Shown here: positions 1 to 14,184 of the stretch, piece by piece
Position numbering within the stretch: the stretch's first letter is position 1
Layout of the letters: the number at the start of each line of letters is the position of its first letter
From: Glaucostegus cemiculus
Taxonomy: Eukaryota
Assembly (NCBI GenBank): GCA_976551045.1
Contig: CDPCPM010000014.1
Location: forward strand, 24,304,001 to 24,368,000
Direction: 5' to 3'
Length of the DNA: 64,000 bases
The notes under the pieces: model-generated
What the model saw: the letters and a program-made list of their open reading frames with translations, nothing else
Told to the model about the DNA's origin: nothing
Databases searched by the model: none
Position numbers and translations under genes: made by a program

Positions 1-282
1 TGAACTCCATTTTATCAGAGGGTATGTGGTGAAATGAACCTTCCATAAATGACTACCCCACAAAAGAGACTCAAACCACTTTTTATTTTTGTGACAAACA
101 TTGGGCATTATAATATGACTCTTCCTGAACCTTATGAGGCTATTATTGAAGAACTTAGCAGGAATTCAACACTTTACTCTCTTTGAATGTTTTAGCTGGC
201 CAAATTTCTAAGGAGGATTCATTCCTTTTGGTTTGTCTAGATTTTGTTTTCATTAAATCATACTCACTGCTTTTTTTCCCCC

Positions 283-650
283 ATAGTTTATAGTCCAGAG
301 TAGATGTGGCTAAGTTGTTTCCCTTGGTGGGTGAGTCCAGGACTAGGGGGCACAGTCTTAGAATTAGAGGGTACCCATTTAGAACAGAAATGAAAAGAAA
401 TTTCTTTAGCCAGACGGTCATGGATATATGGAATTCATTGCCCATACAACTGTGGAGGCCCGATCATTTGGGGTGTTTAAGGAGGAGATGATGGGTATCT
501 AATTAGTCAAGGTATCAAGGGATATGGGGAAAAGGCTGGGAATTGGGGCTAGCTGGGAATAGTTTAGCTCATGGTGAGGTAGCGGAGCAGACTCGATGGG
601 CCGAATGGCCTACTTCTGCTCCTTTGTCTTGTAACCTTGTGTCTTGTGAT
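283..650 (+). mobile_element. CR1 3' fragment
   Basis: LFPLVGESRTRGHSLRIRG..FFSQ; 3' UTR hairpin gatgggccgaatggcct and cttgt-type tail. Confidence 0.85.
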
Positions 651-1469
651 ATTTCTAAGTGGGTCCTAAGGATTATTAAACTTAACACCTAAATCATCTT
701 CATGACATTTTGGCATACATTTACATCTCTAAATCCATTCACCCTAATGTTTAAATGTTAGATAAATTCCAGAAAAAGTAACTAAAGATGTTTAATTAGT
801 AACTAACCTGTTCACTTGGATTCATTAAATACAGTACAAACTAAAACCAAGTGTAATTCTCCCATCCATAACTCGTTTTCCCTTTACTCCTAAACCCAGC
901 CAGTGTTTTCGTGCAAACAGGCCGCCGTAACTTCTCCAGAAGTGCGGCGGAGAGGGAGCAGCTGCGAGGAAATTCCCAGCCAATGTTTCCAGCATTCTGT
1001 AAGTTACCTTTTAAAATTTAGGTTGCACATTTTATCAAATATGCATCAGCTTTGCAGTACATGCAAATTCTGGTAATTATTTCCAATGACTTTCCTGTAT
1101 TTTCAGGAATAGGCGGATGACACATTCAGTTCATCCCTTTATAGATCATAGATCAAATGTAACCTGCTTGCCTCCTCGATCCCTGAATACCTCTTCATTC
1201 GTGAAACGTAATCCTCACTGGCATTAACCTTGTTGCCCTAGGTTTGAGCAACTTCAGACAACAGTAAGACAGTGGAATTTGTTTCCTTTTGGAAATAAAT
1301 AAATATTTTGTTTACCTTGTAATTCAACAACTCAGTTCCAGACTCTACAACTAGGGGAGTTAGCTTCTGAGTACTTATCCTTCTAAGAATTGTATATGTA
1401 TCAATGGGAAGACCTTTCAAACTCTAACCCAAGTGTCAATCTAGTTTATATGACATAGAATGTAATCAG

Positions 1470-2030
1470 CTAAAGCTTATGTACTGTTCCTTACTGCTGT
1501 CCTGCTAACACAAAAGTGTCCCATTTATTCCTAAACTCAGCTGTTTTGTTAACCAGTCCTTGGTACGTGCTAATAAAATACCACCAAGCTAATATACTTT
1601 AATCTTACATAACAATATCTGGTTTGTCACATTATTAAATGTCTTCTGAAAGAACAAATATACTTTATCCTTATCTACATGGCTAGTTGCAGCTTCAGCA
1701 ATCTCAAATAGATTTGTTAAATCATTTTATTATCTTCTTATTATTTTTTAAGTGTCTTGATGCAAGAATCCTAATAACAGGTTCTAGCATTTTGCCTGTT
1801 ATCTCTCTCTCTCTCTCTCTCTCTCTCCCTCTCCTTTCTTGAACATTTCTCTTACATTCCAGATTTTCCAATCCACAGTGAATCATTGTAGAATATGGGG
1901 AAATATAACAGTTCAAAACATTTATCACCTCCATAGCCCCCTCTTTTATAACTCTGGGATGTTAGCCCTTCTACTCCAGGGGTTAATCACTCTTTACGTT
2001 CAGTAATTTCCCTTGTACATTTTGTTCACT
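1470..2030 (-). mobile_element. Degraded CR1 RT fragment with embedded (CT)n microsatellite (~1802-1827)
   Basis: Reverse strand GKMLEPVIR..RHL; CR1-like phrases. Confidence 0.55.
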
Positions 2031-4602
2031 AATATTAAGTTACTCAAACTCTTTAAAATGTTTCAAACAATTTCAGGTTTGATTTTTGTACTTTCCATTC
2101 TGAAGATAGAAACCCACAACTACAAAAAATCAAGGAATTTGTTCAAGCTGCTTCAGTGGCTCATTTGATTATGGCTTAGAAATCCTTACGCTAATGAAAG
2201 GAAAAGAATCACATCACTATCAGAAGCAAGTTTTTGGATGCTGCTTCTCAAAATCAAATAAGTTTTTAACCCCATTGAAAGTCAATGTTACTTGTCAGCT
2301 AACTTGTGCTGTGAGAGTTTGATCCCTTTTATTCTGCTCTAATGAGTCTTCAACAAAGCTCCCTGTGTTCTGGCCAACAAATATGTTGTAGCTCAGAATG
2401 TGGCATCAGGATTGTCTGAGGCAGGAGCAACCCAATAAACTTTCATGTGGCTTTGATTTTAAATGTGACTTATAAATACATAAATGTAATCTTGCCTGGA
2501 ATACAGCATTGAAGCCAAAGTAACACGTGACACTCAAAGAGTTGTATTTGAGCAGAAAGAATGCCTTCAGCAGAGGAGGTGGAGACAAAATTGATAGGTG
2601 GGCTATTGTATTTCTATTGGAACTACAGAAATGCCTTCTCATATTCTTTATTTTTAAAAAAATCTTGAGACAATTTTGATAGGTTCTGATTAAACGGTAG
2701 TCGTAAATGGGCAATATAGCCAGATAAAGCAAGAGAACAAAATTAAGGATGCTTGAGTTAAATGGAAAGGAATGTTCTAAGGGAGAGAAATTTTTAAACA
2801 GAGAAGCAAGATTGGGAGGAAGCAGAAGGCTGAATATCAGAGGAAATATAAAACAGAGTAATTTTCCAATTTCAGTTATGGTTGTAGGTAAAATTAAAGA
2901 AGGCCATCATCTTCCTTAGCTATTTAGCTTACACAGAATGCACCATACAGAAACATGTCATTCAACCAATTGGTCTGTATTAGTGTCTGCACCACACAAC
3001 TCACATGAGTTTCTTCCCAACAAATTTCATCTGATCTTATCTGAATTCATTCCATTCCTCTCTCTCATGTACTTTTCTAGTTTACATTATTCATCTCAAA
3101 TACATCATGCAGTAGCACAGTCCACGTACTGTAAACTATTTTTATCCTGAATTTTTTTGGCTTTATTTCAGGTCCTTAGTCCCTAGTTTTGGACTTCAAG
3201 TCAAAACAATATGCTGGATTGTTTTCAAATTGATCAGAGCCTCGAACTCCTCTCTTGCAGGATATCCAGAGTTGTGCATATTTTTTGTGATTGCACAGCT
3301 TCCAACATCCTACTATCTGTGCTGCAGCAGCTTTCCCTAGGGATCAGAAACATTTACAATCAGTTAGAAAACATTTACATAATTTTAAAAAATTAAAGAG
3401 ATAAAAAAAATTGAAACCACATTTGACTTACGCAAATCAATTAATAACAATTATATTAATTAAAATATACTAAAATATCTTCCTACCTCACCTTACTTGA
3501 CCCCACTTACTTGAAAGGGGCTGCATAAGATGTGCTTTGACTGGTGTAAAGCAGATGGACCAGGTATGAAGTAAATCGGGCCACTCTGCCTATGACATAA
3601 TGAAATATCCCTGCCCACCCCCTCCTGCCACCAAAACTTAGCAGTGAGTCCAGGGCAGAGTAGGGGGTAATATGTACAAATTCACTGACAGGATCAGCCC
3701 AGCTAAACTAAATAAATTAACGCTACCTTTAAAATAGCAAACAAAAAATGTTCTAGGAAAGTTTTAAGTGTTTTTTTTATGGAGCCACCAGCTAAAAATC
3801 AGAATGATCTAGCCAGTTTACTCTCTGTGTAACCTGTTGAACTTCATTTATAGTTTAACCAAACCTTATGTTAGACCACCCTTAGCTTTTTTTTAAAGAG
3901 GAAAATATTCCATTAAATTCAGCCATTCATGACAGTTTTTACCTATCAGTTCTGGTATCAATGCTCCCAGTTTAATTTAGTTGAATGAGCTTAAATTAGA
4001 AGCTGCAAATGACAGACAGTGTAAGCGGAATATACATGTTAATCAGTAACTTAGAATTTGAAATTTGATATTGATGTCATATGAAGGAAAGAGTAGTTCT
4101 TGTATTATATATCTTTATTCCACATCCTCCAGGTTTGATAATATGGTAATCAGAATTTTGCTAAGTTGCATAGTTTCCAATTACTTTTTGATTCATGACT
4201 GCATGTCAAAAAATTCCATTAAGACAATTATAAGACACAGCAATATTTATGAACATTCAACAGCTAAATTTCCTGGTGTTAAATAGTACAGTATTACAAA
4301 TAATGCAAAATAAACAATTTTATATTTATTAGCTTGTGGGAAAATTATTTTAGGATTTCAGAAAGTTTGTGAAAATCTTAAAGATAGGCTTGTTAAGAAT
4401 CTTTTTCTGACAATAGAATAAGTGCAGGGATTTATGCTACTGTGATTACCAAATTCACCCGCAATCCTCTCTGTGAGTTCAATGCAAGGGAATTGGCCCA
4501 TGCAATATATGTAGATTAACCCTACCTTGGAAACTGGATACAATAACATTCTGAGAAAATGTTAAGTCTTTTATAGTCTAATTTCTAGGATATGGTCTCT
4601 GA

Positions 4603-4725
<123 letters not shown>

Positions 4726-5239
4726 TAAACAGCACTTGCTTGTATCTGCGGGATGAAGTGCATTTTAATCAGGAAAACTTGTATATCTGTATATATTTTA
4801 CTTGAGTATGACATTGTGTTGTGTATTGGTACTAATAAGATGAACCAAAATCCCCCTTGGACATCTGTGGTTTATATTGTAAGAACTGTTTTATCTGTGG
4901 CATATTTTTGGTATAACAGGTCATGAAACCATAGACTTTTAAATAGCCAAGGAATTCAGGTGGCATCGGACCCACATAAAAGGATCTGGGATTTATTTTC
5001 CTCATCATGATGAGAAGTGATTTTACTGGCAAATGATTTTTTTTGTATCTCCTTATATCGATATTAAGTACAATGGTCATTGATTGCAGAACGTTCCCAG
5101 TTTAGATATATCATTAGACTACCCTTACTCTATAGCACCAAATGCTCCCAGATCAGGCAAATGCATTGTGTGGTTTGGGTCAAGAATAATATGGTCTAGT
5201 ACTTTCTATAAATCACGTTAATATTTTTGGAAATAGTAG

Positions 5240-5410
5240 GCTAGACAGCACCTGTGGAGAGAAAATTAGAATTAATCTTTTAAGTCCATAACCTTTTTGG
5301 TACAGCCTTGATGAATGGTTGTTGACCAGAAAGATTAGCTCACTTTCTCTTTCTACATTTGCTGCCTGCTCTATTGAATCCTTCTAGCATTTACTGCTTT
5401 TGATTTAGAT
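5240..5410. mobile_element. Two decayed Penelope-type termini in inverted arrangement
   Basis: + strand ttgatga-atggttgttgacca-gaaagatt-agct (5308-5340), preceded by a reverse-oriented decayed copy. Confidence 0.5.
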
Positions 5411-5536
5411 TACCAGCATTCAGGTTTTGCTTTTCACATTTTTCATATGTAGACAAATAATGAAGTTTAATTAATTCTATAGTGTTCATAGTTTTATGGT
5501 ATGATTCTTCCCATGATTTTTTTGTTTCTTTTCCAG

Positions 5537-5600
5537 GTCTGATGTCAGCAAATTGAAATTCAGTGGGAAGACATTCTGTGTTCATGGTCTTCAGAAAGAA
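5537..5600 (+). CDS. FRMD3: FRMD3 internal exon
   Basis: ttccag|G...AAAGAA|gtcaga; (W)SDVSKLKFSGKTFCVHGLQKE; 64 nt, phase 2->0, compatible with both neighbours. Confidence 0.9.
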
Positions 5601-7422
5601 GTCAGACATTACTTTTTGTTCGTGCACATTTATTTGAAAAAGATGGACAAACATTAATAGAGCACTGGTTGACCAGCTTTTTCTGTGTAAAAATCTGTTA
5701 GCATGTCTCCTAGTATTTATAAGACAATATATCAATTCATTGGTTGCATCTGTAAATATGAGCTCATGTTTTCCTCCTTCACAAATCATTATTAAACTCC
5801 ACCTGTTTCTGTCAACCAGGTTGGTGCATCTGGGTTTTGTCCTATTTATCTCATAAATTAGATAATATACCCTGGCAGAAACTAACAGCAACCTATCAAT
5901 GTGTACATGCTGTAATTCTCATTTTCACACTTCAAGAAGTTAATGTAGTGCTTAATCATCAGCACTTCCTAAATTGTGGTTGCAGCTGCGCCACGAGAAA
6001 AACAGAATGCTAGTTAACTATTACATCACAGTCTTCTTTGATGAAACCCATCAAAAGCACAGTGACCTTCCCATGACTAAAATGTGGTCTTCTAATCAAT
6101 GTCATATCAAGGTTGCCTTGGCATGAATGAGTGAATGACTTGTAATACCCCAGATGCACAAAGATCCTGAAAATATTTTAGAAAGATGTATCATAATTCT
6201 GATTGACACACTAAGCCCAAAATGAAATGGAGCTCCAACTGCTCCAGCCTTCAGCAGGTTAAATGTAGCTTAATCTTTCATCTAAAATACAGCTACAGCT
6301 AACAGCAGGTGTTGCTTTCATTCAACATACTCAAGCTTTTTAATAAGCTTTAAAATGTGTTTTGCTGCATTGTGGAACAAATAAACAGCTTTGAGGAAGA
6401 TGCAAGTAAACTAATGACAAGAATTATTCAGGTTATCCAAAGGAATTATTTAAAACCAGACAAAGGGTCCATTAAATGGGTACACTAGTATATTGTGCTA
6501 TAAATTTGAACTGGATGAGGCCTTAAGGCGATCTGGAATAAATATTTCTTCAAAAAGTGTGTAGTGGATCATGTCCTGAGGAACTGCTGTAGATTTGGGT
6601 CAGGTACAGTCAGGAGCAGTACACAGTTTTAGGTGTGATGGGGAAGAAGGTGAAGGCCTGTTAAGTTGGTAGAGACTGGTGGCTTCAACCTGTAATCTCC
6701 CTGCAAAACTGGGATTTCAAATTAGAAACAAATAATCTTTGAGATAAATTGGAAAATCTCATCTTACATACAACTTTGAATCTAGAAGATTGGTAGTTTT
6801 GCTGATAGTCAAGAAAGAGAATCCCCTCTGTTATTCAATTTGACAGTGATTTTTTCTGTATTCTGTTTTATGTGATCCACAATGTTTTATTGAATAATTT
6901 TGACAAAATTCTATTGTTACCCAAACAGAATTACATAAATTTATTAGCGGCATGAAGCTGCAATCATTGTGAACTAGAAAACACAACAAATAATATTTAA
7001 AATCTCATGGTGTGGCTTCTTCATTGTTTCATTGCATAAAAATAATATGTTTTCTGGTAGTGAGCCATATTGGGTGGGAAGGTCTTAGATCTGGTTGCTG
7101 GTCTGTGCGACAACAGCAGTAATAAAGCAAAAGAATTCGCTTCAGTTTCTGCCAGAAAGGAAGTGGAAGAACCAGCCAATGATTTAAATTTTGGTCATTA
7201 TTCATGTGACTCTTCAGAAGGGTGCAGGTGTGTGAATGTTCAGATGAATGCATGCTGGCTTTTGTGCCCATAGCTCCGCATGATCACATGGCATTGCTGA
7301 TCCATGCTGACCTACAAGAAGAATTATCAGTTTAAAAAAACAGGTGCCAGCACCTTTGAATATGAGTGTTTTGAATGTAGAACTGTGTTGATAGGTTACA
7401 GATTTTCTCATCTAACACATAA

Positions 7423-7596
<174 letters not shown>

Positions 7597-8221
7597 TGAG
7601 TTTGTAATTAGTGAAATAGTTTTATGCAAAACTGAACAATGTGGTGACTGCATTTTCTCGGCTTATATAAATGTGTTCCCATATTTTCCTTTCTCTTTCA
7701 TGATTATTTACAATTTAAAATAATGTACAGAACTTCATATGTTTACTTTTAAAATCAAAGTTGTTTGTTACATATGACTTTAATAGTTTGAGGTCAGTAT
7801 TACAGGATGGAGGGTGTAACTATAGTAGGCTTGTGCAGGACTTTTTTTAAGTGAGTCGAGAGAGTAGTGAATTGGTTGTGTCCTTTAGCGTTGAATATTT
7901 TCGTTTGCTTCCTCTTCAGATTAGCTCTGGGACCTTGTCATAGAAATAACAATAAGACATAATTCCAATACAACTCACTAACTCTCAATGGGAAAAATAT
8001 AAATCACACAGCCTCCTCATTTTATGGCATCTGTACTGTTCACTGACATTACAGTAGTACCATTGTTGTCATATACTGTAACTTCCAGATTCTGCTTCAG
8101 AGATTCTGTCACTCTGACTCTGAAATGAAACTATCACCGTTTATAGTTCTACGCAATAATTCTTAACATTGCTGCTAAGTTGCAATTTGTGGATATATGA
8201 ACCTTAAATGAATATTGGTAA

Positions 8222-8345
8222 AAAAAATTCTGATACTGGAAATCTGAAATAAAAACACAAAAGTATTTGAATGATCAGGCAGCAATGTAGAAAGAGAAAC
8301 AGAATTAATGTTTCAGGTTGAAAATCCTTCATCAGAACTGGGGAT
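8222..8345 (-). mobile_element. Penelope-type terminal repeat with minimal hammerhead motif
   Basis: Reverse strand agtt-CTGATGA-aggattttcaacct-GAAA-catt-aatt (8303-8339), same downstream signature as the 51477 copy. Confidence 0.65.
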
Positions 8346-9266
8346 ATATCAGTCTTGTATAAAATCTTCTATGTATCACATTGTATAAAATTGAGTTTGG
8401 ACACATTTTGAATATACAAATGTCATACCCAGAAATGATGATGAAGGAATCTGGGGCACTGGCTGATGGGTTTGATTCTGTGAGTTACTTTATCAATCTC
8501 CAGATGTTAGTAAGAAGTACTTTCAGGGATCGAGTAGGTCACATACATTTTCATTGCATCCTGATTCAGTGCCAAGATCGTAATTTAAGTCTGTCCAGTT
8601 TTATTCATTTCTTTATAGTGGTTGGATACAATCAAGTAGCTTATTTGACCACTTCAGAGGGCTTTTATTGCTCAGTCACAATGGTGAATTATAGAAAGGA
8701 CAAGAAGTTTTCTTTCATAAAGAATATTAATGAATCCATGCACTTTTTGCAGTAATCCGACTTTTGTTTTACTGATACTTGTGAAATTCTATTAGCCCAA
8801 GATTCCTGATTTACAGCTGTGCTGAACTTATTGAAAAACTCTACTTTTGTGAACTTAAGTGATTATTAAAGTTGATTGTTAATGCCAGCCCTTCCTACTT
8901 CCCTGTAAATACGGATTACTTCAATGAAGGTAGTATAGCTTCTTTCCTCTGTTACTCCATGGTAATAAAAGGATTTCACTGTACTGGCTGAATTTGTAAA
9001 TGGTTTCTTCTGAGCTTTCCAAAACATTGTTATTTTCTTTCTTCTCAAAAAAAAGTACCCTGCTTTCCGTGCAGTTGCTAGCAATGATGCAATGTTAAAT
9101 CTTTTTGTTCTCTTTTAGGTCCTTGAATTTGCATTACTTCACATATCTGCATTCATCTACATCATAATTCTTTGTTTAATATCCTCCAGTCAGATGTCCA
9201 TGCTTTCCACAGCTCTAGATTGAGCTTAACCAAAAGCATAAACTGTATTCATGTGAATCCAGTATT

Positions 9267-9840
9267 CATTGCTTCAGTTGTATAGGTCCCTGGTCAGGCC
9301 CCACTTGGAGTATTGTGCTCAGTTCTGGTCGCCTCACTACAGGAAAGATGTGGAGGCCTTAGAGAGGGTGCAGAGGAGGTTTACGAGGATGCTGCCTGGA
9401 ATACGGAACATGCCTTATGAGAGCAGGTTGCGGGAACTCGGCCTCTTCTCCCCGGAGAGGAGGAGGATGAGGGGGGACCTGATAGAGGTATATAAGATGA
9501 TGAGAGGTATTGATCGGATAGATAGTCAGAGGCTTTTCCCCAGGGCTAAAATGGTGGCCACAAGAGGACATAGGTTTAAGGTGCTGGGGAATAGATATAG
9601 AGGAGATGTCAGGGGTAAGTTTTTTACTCAGAGAGTGGTGGGTGCATGGAATGGGCTGCCGGAAAGGGTTGTGGAGGCAGATACGATAGGGTCTTTCAAG
9701 AGACTGTTGGATAGGTACATTGAGCAAAATAAGATAGAGGGCTATGGGTAAGCCTAGTAGTTTCTAGGGTAGGGACATGTTCGGCACAGCTTTGTGGGCT
9801 GAAGGGCCTGAATTGTGCTGTAGGTGTTCTATGTTCTATG
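9267..9840 (+). mobile_element. Young 5'-truncated CR1, inserted in an older L2-like fragment (~9200-10260)
   Basis: Open C-terminal ORF2 frame LYRSLVRPHLEYCAQFWSP...; (TTCTATG)n tail; near-identical to 53605-54178. Confidence 0.92.
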
Positions 9841-12057
9841 AATTTGACTGACTGCACTGTTCCTTTTCAACTTCAATAACCTTTTCCCAGCTTAGAAGCT
9901 GTTGACAACACTATTCATCCCCAGTGCTGCTCCTCAGTTGTCCAGCTTCAAACATCTTCCACTGCCTGTCCCACTTCAATGTCTCTGAGCACTTCCAGGA
10001 ATTGCTAGTTTTCAACCCTTTCCTTCACTTGTGGGTTCCTCTTCTTTTCAATCTTTTCCCGCTGCTCAGCAACTTGTGGTCATTTTAATGACACCAAACA
10101 ACTTCTTCAACACTCTCTCCTCCTCTCCATTGCTGCTGTGCCACTCAGATGTTTGATTGGCATCCAGTTCTTTCTAAGCCATAACCTCCTCCAGTTGAAC
10201 ATCTTCGGTCTCATCACAAACTTTCTTCCCTCAATACCAATTCCTTCTTGATCTAAAATAATAGTTGGGCCAGTTTTCTATGTTAAAGGCATGATCAAAT
10301 TTCAGGTTATTGTCATTAGCTAATTTTAATAGCTCTCCAACTTATTTGTTTTACTCTGACAGCCTCCAGTGGTGTTTTCCAACTGGTGTAATTAGTTCAT
10401 TTGATCAACAGCAATTGCACTGAGAAAAAAAAAATGGCAGTGTTCCTTATGATAGGTGGGGAAGCTGAAGTATGACATCACTTCTTACTTGTGGAAAGGT
10501 TGACACAGACTGTGAAATGGCAGCTCAAAGCACACGTTCACTGGGATAGTAAAGGAAGCCAGTTTCAGGTGATTTTAATTGCCTGGTTTCACTTTAATAA
10601 TCTGGCCTAGAAGTTCATTTTCATAAACAGTGCCATGCAGTTGAAAACTGGCTTGGCCAGGTGTGGAGCAATTTTGCATGCATTTCTGTATGGTTTATGC
10701 TTTTCGGAACACTTGTCTCCTGATGCTCCTTGATGGGATTTGTTTTCTTGCACCAGCAACTTTTCTTCTGGTGTCAAGCTCTCCAAATGACTTAAACAGT
10801 AATGAATTTAGTACATTTTGGCTGCAATTGGATTTTCAATCTTCCGGTTAAAAATGATACCGCTTACTGACTCTCTGAACAACCAAATTTTACTAACTCA
10901 GTTTCCCCTGAAGCTATGCTAATTAAAGGATCAAGCATCAAACTATATTCTTCGACCTCACTGAAATATGTGCCCTTTTGGCTGGTCTCAGAGACCTTGA
11001 CTTTGCCCATGGAGCTCAGGGTCAGCGTTACTCTCAGCTCTCTGGTCTCAGGGTCGTTCAGGTATGTTCCTGTTGACCTCTGTCACATCCCATGGAATGC
11101 TGCTCTCTGTTGTATTAGAGAGGACACTCAAACTTCAGAAGCAGGCAGACTGGCCATGGCTACTTAACTGTATGGCAAGCTTCCCCGAAGTGTAGACATT
11201 CATCAGCTGTGTTCATATCCTCACAGAAGCCTTACTAGCAAAATCCTTTCAGAAGCACTTGGCTGCAGTCCTGGTGGGTGGGGGGTGGGGGGAGCTCCTT
11301 GGCTTTTTGTGGGCACTGTTCTTCAGCATCCTGTCCAGTAAAGACATTTGAGGGTAGTTACATGGTGATGCATCCACATGTACACAAATTGTGTGAGAGT
11401 AAATTTGAGTTGTTTTCCTATTAACTTTTTTTACTGAAATGATTGGGACATTTGTTTTAAGATTTAAAGATTGAACTTTCTGGTTTTACATCCCTGATGA
11501 ATACAGCAGGGGATGCAAATTATGCAAATTTGTGCATAATTTTCTGATCACTAACATTACTGGTTGGAAAATCATGGTATCATCAATGGAATATATACTT
11601 CTTGCAAGGATGAATATTTTCCTTAGCCAGAAGTGCTGTTTCTGTTATATTGGCTAGACCTGTTCTACAGTCACATAATTCTATAACTCATGGAGTACAA
11701 GGCACAGCACTATTCTGTATGCAGCCCAGTGCTGCTCATAGCCTAGATACCTTTTGGTGAATGTTTGGCTGTAAGGCTGCTGCAAGGATGATATTTTCTG
11801 AGTGTTAAAAGAATATTTTTGAAATAATAATTATATGGAAAAAGAAAGGAAAGGAGTCTTTCATATTTTCTTGGCATTGATGTTTAGGCTGGGGTATTCA
11901 CCATGTGAACTCACCAGTCTGCGATTTTCCCCCATTAAACTTTAATGAACTGAAGAATTGTGGACTAATGCACAGAAGCAGTGAATCTTGCTTTCGATGT
12001 AATGCAGAACAGTATATGTGGATATAGGTTTTTCTCTAAAACACCAAGTATTAATAA

Positions 12058-12153
<96 letters not shown>

Positions 12154-13049
12154 TGAGTGCTTTCTTTTCTGTCAAGATTGCTTCAATAAATTTGCTGTCT
12201 TATTTTGTCTTAAGAGTCTAAATAAATTAGTGATCTATGTTTTCTATAATAACCCAACTATGAAAACGGTCTTAACGTACATTGGTATCTGAACTCTATG
12301 ATGGCAGGTTGATGTGTCATAACTGTCCAAGATTAGAATCTGTTATTAATTCCTGATATAATTTCACACGTCAGCACACAACTGATGCAATCCACATATC
12401 AACTTCTTACTTTATTCATGTGACACAACAGAGCCTTCTGTTTAGAGAATAGAGAGTGGTTAGAAAATAGTGAGTGCTTATAATGATTTCTCATTTTGGA
12501 GGGCTCACATCACAGGTTGTGGCTTTCTCTTGAGGGTTAGGGTTTTCTATTTTTATTTTGATGGAAATTCTCATTTAATTCTGTTGAGAGAGACATAAAA
12601 AAATTGTAGATACACTATGTACAATTCCTGTTTCTAGTTAGGCTAGGCAGAGAGAAACAAACATATAGACAAAAGAAGACAGAGTAAAAGCAGAGGAATT
12701 CGGTTAAGAAGGAGGAAGCTGTAGTCAGAGATCATCCATGGAGGCCAGTGGTGAGAAGGTTCAAGTCCACTTGCTGAATGTGTGATTATGCCATAGTACA
12801 GTTTAAGTTTCAAGTGATGGACCAGTCTTTGTTTTATAAATAATAACTCCAGAATACTGGGATTGACCTCAGTTTTTCATTACTGCCTTTCTGAATTAAC
12901 CTACATCAGACATCATGATGCAGGACTGCTAAAATTGATCTCAGTTTCTAGAAAAAGGGAAACTAGCCAGGGCTTCTGAATGCTGTATGGTAAACAATAC
13001 GACAGCATTTGGATGAAAGAATATTAGGTTCAGCTCTGGTCTTCATTTC

Positions 13050-13700
13050 TCCCAGAGAATCAGCTGAAAGTTATTGAGGAACAGAGGAACCTTGGTGTAT
13101 AAGTTGAAGGATCCTGGAAGGTGATGGCATAGATACATAGAGCGGTGAAAAAGACATACTGGATACTTGCCTTCATTAGCAAGGGCAGGAAGGTTATGGT
13201 ACAACTTAATAAAACATTGGTCAGGCCACATCTGGAATATTGTGTGCAATTCTGGTTGCCACATTTACAGGAAAGATGTGGTTGCATAGGAGAGGATGCA
13301 GAGGAGATTTACCTGGATGTTGTTGGGAATGGAGTATTTTAGTAATGAGGAGGGACTAGATAGGCAGTGTTTGTTTTTCCATTTTAATGGAGGAAGCTGA
13401 GTGCAGACCTACAAGGTGTACAGAGCTATGAGGAGAAGAGCTAAGAAAAATAGTAAAAACTCTTTTTCCCATAATAGAGGTGTCTTAAACTAGTGGGCAT
13501 AGGTGTAAGGTAAAAGGTAGAAGGTTTAGAGGGGATATGAGGAGAATTTTCTTTATCCTAAGGTTGGTTCGAATCTGGAATGGACTGCCTAATGGAGACA
13601 GAGACTCTACAAAATTTAAGTAGTATCTAGGTAAGCATTTGAATGTATCTCATCAAGGTATTGTAGGCTATGGATCAAGTGGTGGTATATGGGATTTATA
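13050..13700 (+). mobile_element. Degraded CR1 3' fragment
   Basis: KTLVRPHLEYCVQFWLPH and downstream CR1 C-terminal remnants. Confidence 0.85.
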
Positions 13701-13907
13701 ATTCTACTTTAATACCCATGACTGAAGAAGTAATTGTGGGCATGCTTGAATAAATAGAAGTTGATGGTGGGAGAAGGCCAGTATTAGCTGCTTCACTTAG
13801 GTATATTTTCTATATAGGCAGCTCTTACCTACTGTTTTATTCAGCAATATCATTATTTTCAAAAAAATAACTAGACATTTACCTTATATAATCTTTACCA
13901 TTTGTAG

Positions 13908-13976
13908 TGGAAGAGTTGCCAAAGAAGTTATAGAAGCAAGCACCAAGATTCAGCGCACCCCTCCTGAGTTTCACAG
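13908..13976 (+). CDS. FRMD3: FRMD3 internal exon (FA domain)
   Basis: tgtag|T...CACAG|gtaac; GRVAKEVIEASTKIQRTPPEFH(R); 69 nt, phase 2->2. Confidence 0.93.
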
Positions 13977-14184
13977 GTAACACTAAAACAAAACACTCCT
14001 TTCGCTTTGTTGTCATTAAGGAACCCAGTGTTGAGAATGATGTGTTATTCAGGAAACACTCAGCCATAGCTAACAAAGTGGCTAATTTGTTTTGAATTGT
14101 GTTTGGTTAGTCCTTCCTCAGGTATTTGGTACTTCTTGGATCCCCCTCATGTATTCCCCAACCTTAGACAACAGGATTTTAAGA

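Noticed and set aside
5391-5891. 166-aa minus-strand ORF (likewise 35323-35823 and 51092-51592)
   Set aside because: No domain or convincing splice context; overlaps an FRMD3 exon or repeats in antisense
7070-7273. 67-aa ORF between FRMD3 exons as an extra exon
   Set aside because: Flanking exons already join in frame with the expected FERM sequence; no recognisable homology
10365-10660. Possible terminal inverted repeats of a DNA transposon
   Set aside because: Only ~9-10 bp imperfect match and no TSD; insufficient support
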